Source of the DNA: Lingula anatina
Taxonomy: Eukaryota > Animalia > Brachiopoda
Assembly: GCA_051362555.1 (NCBI GenBank)
Contig: CM120646.1
Location: 20,150,001 to 20,214,000, forward strand
Direction of reading: 5' to 3'
Length of the DNA stretch: 64,000 nt
The translations under genes and the position numbers were made by a program. Each line of letters opens with the position of its first letter. Within the stretch, counting starts at the first letter, position 1. The notes under the pieces are model-generated. The model had not been told where the DNA came from, made no database searches, and was given only the letters and a program-made list of their open reading frames with translations. Shown one piece after another: positions 47,346 to 59,191 of the stretch.

Positions 47346-50323
47346 TTAAGCAAATAAATAGAAAGATAAATAAATATAATTATTTATAATAAAGTTACAA
47401 CAAACAGAAAATGGATTTTTACATTTTGAGTGCGGTGGATTCTGGCCTCGTTGAAGTTTCTCTCGTCAGGGTGCGTTTCCAAGTAAAATCCCAGTCGCAG
47501 ATCTGCACCATGCAGAGACCAAAACATGGTATTTGCAATTTAGAATCAAATTGTATTTTTGTCTGTTGTTTGTATATTAATGTTAACAGTATTATTGTTG
47601 TGTTGTTTTTGGCGTTTTTGACTGTCCATGCATGCCTGTTTCGGGGGGGGGGGGGGTCGAACGAAGTGTCCTTTTTGCTGGGAAAAGGTCCGCTCTGGGT
47701 AAAATTTGATCTAGGTACTCGAGGGTTGTTTGGGAAAAGAACCCATCCTTTGAAAGCTACGTAACTGACCGGCTATCTAACTTTGTTTATAAACTAGTGA
47801 AAAATGCCATATGCCTGTTGCTCGTAAACGTGCAGATACTGCATGATATTAGTGCGTAACAATTACAATCAAGGTACGCGTTTACCTGTAAATCATGTGC
47901 GCCCTCGTTGGGTCTACTTTCTCGTCCTCGCAACAAATAGGCGTCAGTGACATTTAATAAAATAGGTATTTTTAGAAGAGAAATATAATCACCTCTTCTT
48001 AGTCCACAACTAAACTAAACTGCTCACGATAGTACCCTTAACTCCCCTTTACATGGACACATGACCCTAAGCGACAGGGGTCAGTAATGAAGATCGACGG
48101 TCCGGTAGATTTCGAGTATTATTTTTACTCTTCGCGGAAAAAACGAACAGTCAGGTAATAATTGTGAGATCAGATAGCCGGCTATTAGTATGATGTCCAG
48201 TTTGTCTTCACTCTTGTTATTTTTCTCAGAGAACAAGGCTGGTCATTCAGGAGCACTAATCGATGTGGTCACGGATGTCACAAATCGGGGGATGGGAGGT
48301 TATAAGAGTGCGGATTAAGGGAGGTGGGGGGGGGGGGGGGGAGCGGCAAGCCGTCCTTAATATACAAAGACAGAATGGAACGCGCGGATAAAAAGAAACA
48401 AAATGCATTACACAGTGATATGTGAAATAGAGGTTACGAAGGAGGGTGAGAGTTACCAAGATCTGAAAATTCATTTGGATTTGACCCCCTTTTAACCTGG
48501 CTTAACCTGGACTTTTTGTCCATGATTCCAAAGTCGACACAATAGAAACATTGTCACCTAAGCGTATGGGAGGAAAAGTTTAAGGAATAGACCACTCTTA
48601 CTCCTTCTTATAACCAATAAATAATCAAATGACAGGAATAAATGCAAATATTACTTAGTTAACTAGCTATTTTTTTATTCATTTACAAAGAATTACCAAC
48701 AATATAATGTTCCAGATTTCATCGCAAATATCATCATATGCTGCACTATACTGGAGTACAAAGCTGCTCTGTGGAGCCAAAAGAATAATTTTTGAATTAC
48801 AAGTGACAAGGCCCACCAATTTCTTCTCGAATGAAACAGCGAAAAGATATATGAAGCAGTAAAAAAGATTAACATCTCCTATAACTTCATTAGCATTCAT
48901 AACAGCACTGCAATGCACGAGAGCCATAAAGATGTAGTCCCCTTAGTTCTTCTTTAAACTGAACTGAGAAGACTATTGTCTAATGGAAAACGCTATTTTA
49001 CTCATGGATAAGAATAAATATATCTAAGGCAAATAAGCGCTATTATAAAGATTTGAAAATATAGTTCATTAAATTTATTATCTTGACAGTACTTAATAAA
49101 CATGTATACATATATAATATGAATAAAGGCCCAGCCCTATGTAGGCCTACTTACAAAGTCACCAATTATACCTTTAGCTATATTATACAACAGTTTAATT
49201 CTGACCTGGAAGCAGTTAAAGAGAAATCTCGCTGTACTTCTGCAAGAGTGTGTAGGGCAGAAAAGACACATTTCACCATTTCAGTCCACATTTTCTTGAG
49301 ATTTTCAATAAAACGCAAAGTTATAACAATGACATCCTTTCATTAAATAATGAAAGGGCTGGTTTGCCGAATAGTTTTCCATTTTTTTATTTAGAGAGAG
49401 ACTGCGCAGAGGAGCGTTACGAAGCTTACTACCCCAACTGAACAGTTGTATTAACAGTATATACAATGATTTCATGTCAGGGTTCGTAAGCCAAGACCAG
49501 GAGAAGACGATACAGACAACAGACGGTTATTGGATATTTTAAGTTTGGAAATTGTTGGCCACTGTTGGTCATTGGACATTCACAATAAAACTATTGCGAA
49601 AAAATCCCATAGCTTGCAATTCAATACATTTTTTTTAGTGGGAAATGTAAAGTAGGCATCAGCCACCAAATATAAATGATCAAATCGAATAAGCAGCCAA
49701 TTTCATTTAATTGAATATTGCACTCACACCCAGGGGATTATAACCACGTATATAAGTCTTTATCTACAGAAAACCTCTTCACTTTTCAGCGCAGTGAATA
49801 AAAACTTAATTAATTATCTAGTAATTAATTAATTAATTAATTAATTTATTATCCCCCCTTTTTTTTTGGTCAATTCCACTCAATTGTCCTTGTTCACACC
49901 TCTCTGTGCGTAGGTAGGCCCTGCATATCTGTCAACATCTCTATTGTACCACCACCGGCCTCCTCTGATGACATATCAACAGAACAATCTGCTCCAGAAA
50001 AAGGCTTAAAATAAGAATAAACCGTGACAAAAACCATCACTTAATCGTAATGACCGTACGAGGTCTCTGTGAAAATAACCATCGTGCGGCCGAAATGACC
50101 AGAAATGACCTGTGACAAACCATCAACCTTCGGCTATTACCTTAATGTCTTTCCTACAAACACTAGGTTTAAGCAGAAAAGAATGCCCCTTGTCCAGGTA
50201 ATCGGACCTGAGACATACCAGCGAGAGTTTTATTGGCAATTACAGCAATTACAATGTGGTAACGACAATGGTGCCCACTGTGGTACACGCAGGGCATGAG
50301 TGCTGGTAACTTTTTCCGAGGAG

Positions 50324-50400
50324 TATATAAACCCTCAAGTTTGACAGGATCCTCATCTTGTTGGCTGACCAGTGTCGCATAGGATCACATACATTACCAG
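50324..50400 (+). promoter_or_regulatory. TATA box and short non-coding first exon of chitin-binding/LamG gene A
   Basis: TATATAAA at 50324; strong donor CCAG|GTGAGT at 50400; matching acceptor at 50892, 7 nt before the ATG. Confidence 0.65.
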
Positions 50401-50899
50401 GTGAGTGACCAACGTGTGCTCCTGGGGGAGATCTTTGTTAAGTCGGGGGTATGATATCTGCATGGTCAGTTCTACCGATGACAACATCAGCAATACCAAA
50501 AATCCTCCAGCATCCTTCATGGCAAAACCTTGAAAGCATGCATGAAGTTGTATGTGCCAAGGCTAGTAGTGAATGTTTAACCAGTGGCAGTATGTCATGT
50601 AGCCGATGCTCATGGCACATATTTACCGAGACTTCAAACTAGTAAACTGACTACATGGGTTTAAAGTTGGGTTGCTTCCTTTACATATTGCTAATGAAAG
50701 AAGAGCAGCGAGCTAAAATAATTTGTGGCTATTTTCTCTTTGTTATTGATATTGATAATTATTGCTATTGACTGCCCTTTCCAATTCATACATATTATCT
50801 TTTCGATGAATGAAATCAGTGGCGTAAAGCAAAGAAATTTGCGTTCAAGATATTGTCCAAAAAATAAATTTGTATATTTTTCTCTCTCTCAGTGTCATC

Positions 50900-53430
50900 A
50901 TGCTTCGTCTTGTTCTCCTCGCCTTGGTGGGCAGTGCCCTCGCTGTTTACGATGAGCATCATCTTGGTAAGTAATTGTTGTTTGCCAGTTTATATAAGTA
51001 TTTTCATATAATTAAGGTTATTTTTTATATTATTCTCGTTAACTTTAACATTGTATGCAATAATAAAGTAGATAGTATCTAACTCAAAACAAGTCCTTAA
51101 AATGCGGTTTATGAAAATATTAACAAGTCCACGAATTAAGTATAAGTTTATTGTGTCATTTTACAGCTCCAAAATTCAACGACTTCTGCAAGAAGTGCAT
51201 CGAAGAGAGAAATGGCGTAGGCTACTACGAGAACCCAGAAGACTGCAAAACTTATCTCCAGTGCGATTTGGATGATGACCTTAACATCAAGGTTCACGTG
51301 AAAGAATGCGCTGAAGGTACCCTCTTCGATGGTACCATCGTTACCTGCGTTCCATGTGAGGTCGCCACCTGCCCAGGCAGCAAGGTCCCATACCCACAGT
51401 GCCCACCAAGAAGTAAGTTGATGGTTCTAATTTTCCAAATCCAAACATCATGCAACTTTTCTAGGTCTTAGGATAACCTATATAAAATATAAAAATTGCC
51501 AGCTTATAAAAGTATGATTTCATGTCAAATAAGCACAAAGAACTTTATAAAAATAATTTAGACAGCTGTTTATTATAAATGTTTTGTTTATCATCTTCAT
51601 TTTAGCATTCATATAAACCTAAAGAGAAATCTTTTTTTCCTCAGCCGCCCCACCAACCACCACCCTCGCCTACACCACCCTTCCCCAGTTTGACGGCAAA
51701 TGTGACGGCCCTGACGGATGGACCTACTTGGCCGTCTGGGGTGATGCCAACACCTTCTACAGATCCCAGACCCTTGGTGATGAGACCAGAATCGAGCGTG
51801 TTAGCTGCGGACAGTGGGAGTTCAACGTCAAGAGATGCATGTGCATGGTTCCAGGTATGAGCTGATCTGATTGATACTCGATAAAGATAACATTTATGTT
51901 AACGGTGGTGTTTAGTACTTTCACTTGTTTTTGTTTTTTTTTCTTACAAATTTAGTAACTTCATACCGCTGAAGTCATCGATGAAAGGTCACTGATATTT
52001 TTTTATTCAGTGAACGGACATGTATACATTCTATTAAATCATTTCTTACAGATCTCCAGGCTATCGCCCTGTGGCCTTTCGATGAGAACACCGACACCAC
52101 CGTCGATAACTTCTGGACAGACTGCGCTGGTGTAGAGCTTTTGGACGGTAAAGTCGGATACGCTGCTCACTTCAACGGCACCGTCCACTGCGAGGTCCCA
52201 CGTTTCAACAACTACCCATGGGGATCTGCCCTCACCATCTCTTTCTGGTACAAGAACGCTGCTCACGCCAAGAACGACCGTGAGGGTCTCCTCAGCAACG
52301 GCAACTGCGCTATCGAGCCAACCATCTCCTTCTGGTCTGACCGCGGCTATCTTGGAGGCCGTGTCCTGGTCAACAACAACGGCACCCTCCTCACCGTCGA
52401 CCTCGGCAAGAACGTAAGAGTTGTTAAGATCGGCAAAAATATTTCTGGAATTATATTGCATTCTACAGAAACGTTCAGATTTTTATAGTAGGAAATGTTT
52501 GTAATGAAAATCTCTAAAGATTAAGAGACCTTATTTTCATCAAAGAATTAACAATCTAGTAATACTATTGTTCTTCATATCACAGGGTGGCAGCGGCTGG
52601 AACCACGTCGCCATGGTCTACGATGGTCTCAGACTGGTGCTTTACGTCAACGGAAAAATTGTTGTTGATGAAATCGCTGTCGGTAAGCAATTTGAAGAGA
52701 ACTAGATGTTTAATCTCTTTTTAAGAATTTTTATCATCAATTCCATTAAGTTTGACCTTCTGTTGCCTACATCATAACCAGAGATGAACGCTAATATGTT
52801 TCTTATATATTACCTACAAGTGGGCACAAACAGGCCAACAAAAGGTGCAGGTTGATAAATATTTCTATTTAACACATCACTGATTCTTCATGTATTTATT
52901 AACTAGGTGCTATCCCAGCTACCCTTGCTCCACTGTACATGGGCAGAGACTTGAACTGCGAGGCCGTCGATGCTCGTTTCAGCAACACCAACCTTGTTGG
53001 ATTCCTCGATGAGGTAATTGTTAATTACTTGCGTTGTTACTAAAACAGCACTAATGTGCACATACTTGCAAAATCAAAAAGTCTATTTTGTTTTTCCTAG
53101 AACTTGAAACCAACAAACATGTTAATTATTTATACATCTAAAGTAGCATATGAATAGATATTGGTTTATCTGTATGCTATGCACGATTTTGATCACTTTC
53201 TCGGCTAAATCAATTAACAGGGAAGTCGAAGAGGTATTGAGAAACATCCCCGTGTCTGTTTTGTTCAACTGTAGCTCAAGTTTTCACTAGTAACCTGTTT
53301 AATTACACCAATTTCAAATTCAATATTTTTTTATTTTCAGGTCCAGATCTACGACTGGGCTCTTACCGACGCCATGATCTGGAAGCTCAATGCTGGAGAG
53401 AGAAACATCAAGATGGCCAGAACCGACTAG
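50900..53430 (+). CDS. Secreted chitin-binding type-2 + laminin G3/ConA-like protein (Pif/LamG3 shell-matrix-like), copy A, about 392 aa
   Basis: Exons 50900-50966 (signal MLRLVLLALVGSALA), 51167-51412 (GYYENPEDCKTYLQC...CAEGTLFD...C), 51645-51854 (Pro/Thr linker + degenerate second module), 52052-52413, 52586-52682 (WNHVAMVYDG...LYVNG), 52907-53013, 53341-53430 (DEVQIYDWAL). Total 1179 nt in frame. Confidence 0.88.
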
Positions 53431-54283
53431 ATTTTGAGAATATGAAAACAAATTGATTTCATCTTAAGTTACCTGTCAATTATAATTTGTAGAAAATCTG
53501 CAATGACCTGTCATTAACGGACCCAGCTGTCATACATAAACGTTCAGTTCATCTCTTTTTCATTTAGTTTTTTTTTTTTCGTTTCATTATTGTGACACCT
53601 AATACAAATTTGAAATTTATTTTCCACATCTGTCAAAGGGAAAGACTTATCCGTTATGAGGATAAGGAACTCCACATCCATTGAGATCATACGCACTTTG
53701 TCATATCTTTAATGGTGTTGACTTTAATTTTCATCGAATTACTGAAGTATATACATACAGTATGTCTGAATAAATTATTTGCTATTTAAGTGAACCTTTT
53801 GTCGTTTGCAGCCTATTCACGGAGTAGATAATATGCTTACTTGCTAATTCAAAATTTTGAATTTGTATAAAATGGGCAAGATTAAATCGAAAAAAACGAA
53901 TCGAATATCTTTGTAAAGGTACTTGTTCACTACTCTCTATCGGAGGCCAACTGAGCAATGGCAATGGCATCAATTCAACGCAAGTGTTCAATTTGTCAGA
54001 GGAATAACTGTCGATATCTAGGCAAAAATCAATCTGTGATCCTTATAAATGTGGTACTCATTCACTGCAAATCAAGATAACTTTCGAGAGCCAGAAACAC
54101 TCGAGGTGGTGACACTAGGCCCAACTAGGCTACCATTAAGATAAAAAAAAATGAAAAAAATATTGAATTTGTAAAGAACTTCTGATAGAGAACAAGTAAA
54201 GCCGTCCTATCCGATCGATGTATAAACATATCTTTGAATTAGGCCAGTTTTAAAGCCAAAACTCTGGATGCAAATTCAAATTA

Positions 54284-54523
54284 GGGATCATTCCCAATTA
54301 AACTATCGTTCTACCCAGATCGACCCAACTCTGCAGGGAGGCTCGCTGAATGCAATCTGATTAACAGGTTAACACACCTCTTGCCGTTGAGTAGAATACA
54401 GAAAATCTGTTGACTAAACGAGTGCCTTGGAAACAATAGGAGGCCTGTTAATCTGATTGCATTCAGCGAGAGTCCCGGAGGACGGTTGGATTGATCTACG
54501 ATAGTTCCATTGGGAATGAGCCC
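54284..54523. mobile_element. PIF/Harbinger (Tourist-like) MITE
   Basis: TIRs ggg(a/c)tcattcccaat...aactatcgt; long inner palindrome ctcgctgaatgcaatc(t)gattaacagg; TTA direct repeat on both flanks. Confidence 0.8.
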
Positions 54524-55355
54524 TTAGACACTGTCAGCGATAGCATTCTGCGTTCAAGGAAACACATTTTATATCTCTCCATCCCAAATTACCACCAACA
54601 TTCACCTCATCGTCCATATCACACTGCAAGTAGATCACAGGGGGTAATTATTATTTATAAAATAACCCCACTAATGAATTGTCTCGAATATTACATTGAA
54701 ACACATTATTGTCATTATTAAATATAATGACCTTCACTGAAACAGATATGGCATATTCAGCAACACCTGTTATCCCAGATATTATATTGTAACGTTATCA
54801 TCACACACAAACAATTTTGCACCTGTTTCATTTCTGGGGGAGCAAAGAGTACCTTTTTGTTTTGAAGGTCAGAGAACCGTTGGCGAAACTGAGGGTCCGT
54901 GTAACAGAGAGGCCACCTTCCATTTAATGATACAGGTCACGGTTAGCATGACGTAAGTGGGTTAAAATCTAGGTCGAGGCTTACCTGTGCAAATTAATTT
55001 GAACCGGACTCTCTCTCATGGGGTCTCTCTGACACGTCACACCGGTGTCATGTACGAAAGAATTTTATGTGATGTTTTATGTCAAGGATTAATTTGTGGA
55101 GCTATCCCCCACTAAACGGGGCTGTTGCACCGGCCTTACGACCCCTTGGACAGCGCTCACAACAACAACAAAAAAGGTCGTAATATTCATTGTTCATTAA
55201 CACCGCTGTATGAATTTGATGTTGACAGTCAAATGTTGTCAAAGCCCGAACTTTGAAGGGAGCAACAGTCGGTCGCAAGGAACTTGAACTTGGATATTTT
55301 CTAGCCGTTTGGCACCATGGTTCTGTTTCACACACCATGTTTCACACATGGTTCT

Positions 55356-55358
<3 letters not shown>

Positions 55359-55387
<29 letters not shown>

Positions 55388-55461
55388 GGCACGCTCGCAC
55401 GCATGCATGTATGCATACATGCATGCACGTACGCAGATAAACGTTAGCGCGAGCGCGCGCG

Positions 55462-55492
<31 letters not shown>

Positions 55493-55494
55493 AT
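55359..55494. repeat. (CA)n/(CG)n alternating purine-pyrimidine tract
   Basis: Direct reading. Confidence 0.85.
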
Positions 55495-57139
55495 GTTAAG
55501 ACAGGTGCAGATTGCATACACCTTTATCAATGATAAAACTGTATCGGCCCGTAGTCGGTCTAATCAGTAACCAGATTTCCCTTTTTGTAAAACAAGGTTG
55601 GTGGCCTACAAAATGTATTTCAAGTTTACTACTACAACTACTGCTTCAAGTTAACAACTTCTACCACTACTACCGTGTGCCAAGCGTCCTTACCCCCTAT
55701 TCCCCTTACCTCTTTACTGGATTACAATGACAGATTGTGAAGAAGGATTCTCTGTCTAGACGACAATTGATTTATTTAAGATCAGTGCACTTATTACGTA
55801 GTCGGTTTTGAAGGTAAAACTGATGCTCTTTTGTAAAGAAAGGGAAGAAGACAGAATTGACACGCTACAATGGCCTTCCTAATCCAACCGGAAATTTATC
55901 TTCGTGACAGTGTGGTGAGCACAAAAAATTGGAAGGAATTGAGTTGAAGGCATTATCTGATGCTTGAATCAGTGTCGGTATTCGTATGTCTAGCAAAATA
56001 TATTATCGCAGCTGCTTGTTGGATTAAAACAAAAGGCTCCACACATTGAGGATTCAAATAAGACCTCCATTATAATAGCCGAGGAAACGCATGTCTGCCT
56101 TTTTGGAAAAAAAAGGGAAGCAGAATTGACCAACCACGTTGCCTGTTGGCCACTCTGGGACTCCACGCCGTTTTAGCAATAACCCCTTAGTGTTAAAAAG
56201 AGGCCGGATTGCAAATACTTTGCATTAAGAACAGTGAGAGTGTAGGTGGATCGATATATAGGACTTTATATACTCCCCAGCGTTTATTATTTCCGAAGGT
56301 GACGACTACTACTTCCTATATCTGAAATGGTCTCTTTTGATCTAGCCATGTTGTGGTGCTAGAGCTTCGGTCGCTAGAGAAGACACTGACAAATGCTGGG
56401 ATGTCAACATTAAAACCAACCAACTACGATTATCCTTTATCTGCGACGTTTTTAACGGTAACATATCACGCGACAACAAAGGAAACCAAAAGAAATGGTG
56501 GAGAAGATCTTCAAACTTTACGCAATATTTATACGCACGCTTAACACAGACGTTTCATTTGTTTGAATTAATTAAGATCCCACTATAAACACTTGGCACA
56601 CGTTTTCCTAACCCAAGAGGGTGTCTGCCACCTTCAGCTGTTAGGCCCAATCTCGAAATAAGTTTGAAAATAAAACATTGGCGTGCATCACTTGTATCGG
56701 GCAGAAATGAATAAACCTATTTTTCAAATGCATAATTTTAGGTTCACTTATATGTGTTTCTTATATAAAACACATGCAGGCACTCATATGTAAGACTTAA
56801 GTTCCATGTAGCTGAAGTTAAATGGTTTTCATGCATGCCATGAGTTAAGAATTCGCATAAAAATGCTGTGTTTGGAAGATGGTGTCACCATTTCAAACGG
56901 ATACTACGTGTCTTTTGACTTAAGCACAGATTATCAACAAAGATTAGGGACAATGGTCGTACTAATACTAATAGTTTACTAATAGTTTAATGAGTTGTCG
57001 ACATGAGCTTCTGGTTGATTGAGCGTGGAGTGCACCCTTTTCTACACAGGATAATTGCATTCTTCTTTCAGACACGAACTTGGAAGTATCACATTTGATT
57101 TAATAAAAATGCACGTTACAAGGAGGTGAGAGTTACCAA

Positions 57140-57374
57140 GGGTGCTTTCCCAGAGATTTAGATCGATCTAAAGATTAAGTTTTAGATCGACCTAACTCCC
57201 TGGGGGTTCACGCTAAATTGCAGTCAGCCGAGCGGGCACCATAGTTAATTACCCCCTTACAGCTTTTAGATGGCGGGACAGACGCTTAAGCCGGCCAAGC
57301 TGACAGTAATCTAGCGAGACTCCCCACAGGGCCCACAGGGATAGATCGATCTAAAAATCTATGGAAATGGGGTG
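57140..57374. mobile_element. Degenerate MITE related to the element at 54284
   Basis: Inverted agatt(t)tagatcgatcta ends; CAA on both flanks; empty-site version of the flanks at about 48445-48470. Confidence 0.65.
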
Positions 57375-58554
57375 CAAGTTCTGAAAATGCGACTATTGCT
57401 TTTAAAACGGACATAAGATTAATTCATACTTCTTTTAATTTTAGCCACAGGGTTGTAAAATGTTGACACCCTGGGGTGAATCTTTTCCTCTCTATTTGAT
57501 CACTATCTAGGGGAGTAGAATAACAACTGCAAATGTTGTTAACTATCACTATCACCTCAAATTTACTTCAGAATGTGGCCAGTTGCAGGAAAAGCAAACA
57601 AAAATAAATATATAAATAACAACGATATTAATAAATTAATTAAAATATTTGCGAAAATACACCGATGAGGGCCCATACTGACAAATAGCCATTTACTGAA
57701 CTGTATTCCCGGTTTGTCGCCCATCTTTGTAAGTTGAAGTCGTTATCAACTGCATTCACATTATCTCAGGCAAGTTGTTTTTCACATTTGTCCTGCTCAA
57801 GTGATGCTAATATTTAGTTCGGACACTGAGTGGACAATTGTAGCAGTTAATAGATGTACAGAGGTCACGTGTTAAGTAAAGGTCGGGAGGTACAGGAGAG
57901 ACAAACGCTTGGGATCATATTAATATATAGGGTCTGCTCAAACACAGAACAGATTAGCCATCAAGAAACCGTAAATAACTCTTTCACGCCAAGACTCCTG
58001 ATGTGCCGTCACCAACAAAGTTACCATAATTTACATGAAACATAATGAAGACCATGAACATGATAAAGTAATATTATAACGACCAGTATACATATAAAGA
58101 CGTTTTAAGCCCGATTTTGGCTACTGGGATAAATTCCGTTTATAACATGCGTTGGAATTGTCACCAGGCCCGTTATGGGCTCAACACCCAAGATCAAAAG
58201 TTAAGCCTACAAGGTCATCATTAGCAAAATTATCATACTTTTAAATTTTGGCTAAGGGGGTATATGTCTTTTATAGTGTGTGACTAAGTGTCACCCGAAA
58301 TAAGAAGCAGAGCTTACAAAGTCAGTTTACTTTGAACGGTATATACCTTAGCGATGCAGCTTTGTCTATATGTGAAGGGTCTCAGTTCCCGCTTGTCAAT
58401 TGCAGGTCAGGCGCAGATGATCCAGATTATTTGAAGGGGGGAGGGGGGGGGTTCCGAAATGACAGACCTCAGATGCGAAGCCGGTCATCGCCCCCTTGGC
58501 GTGGGGTTCTGGTCACAAATATAAGATAGAAATAGTTATCTGTTTTAAACCAGT

Positions 58555-58768
58555 GTTTTCAGTAACCACGACGTCTAGCCGTGCACATCTACGTAAAACA
58601 ATCACCTCTTCATTCAACTTGCGCAATTCTTCACGTAAGCTTGACATCTCCGACAACCATCTATGAGAGCATTGTTTTAAGGGGAGCATAAAAACCCATG
58701 CGCCGCTCCAGGCAGGCATCTTTCCAGCCGATAGCGCAGACAGATCACCCACAGACCAGGTGAGCATT
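58555..58768. repeat. Unclassified dispersed repeat in intron 1 of gene B; second copy at about 63763-63972
   Basis: Shared ttttcagtaaccac...ccatctatgagagcattgttttaagggg...aaaacccatgcgccgctcca...cacagaccaggtgagcatt. Confidence 0.8.
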
Positions 58769-59191
58769 GAATGTTCTTGCAGGGCCAAAGTATTTCTGTC
58801 TGTTTCGAAAGCGGAATACATTTTTGGATCCACTTGGGAGTATTCGTTAAGGGTAAAGTATAGCAGGGTTAAGCTATAACAGAAGAGGCCCTAAATGTTT
58901 TCGAAAAAAAGTTCGATTGCATTAGAATACCTCTGTGAATTTTGAAGTCCGTTTCTATGTACAAATAAAACTGATGTAAAGTGGTAAACCAACGCCAAAA
59001 GAAGGGTATCCACAGAGATAACGAGGCAGAACAATATGGTTGTAAACTGCTGTCCGAACATGATGCCATCTTGAAGTAGAGGAATGAAAATTTCCTGGAA
59101 GGAATAAAATTTCAATGAGGAATGTTAAGTGTCTCTAAGTCGAAATCTCGGCGAAGCATTTATTTTTTATCTTTGATCTTCTAGGTCCGAC

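Noticed and set aside
52039-52461. Minus-strand ORFs overlapping the LamG exons (also 59578-60855)
   Set aside because: Antisense shadows of GC3-rich coding exons.
58513-58833. 106-aa minus-strand ORF, partly repeated at 63807-63989
   Set aside because: Lies in a dispersed repeat, has no recognisable domain, and the frame is not preserved over its length in the second copy.
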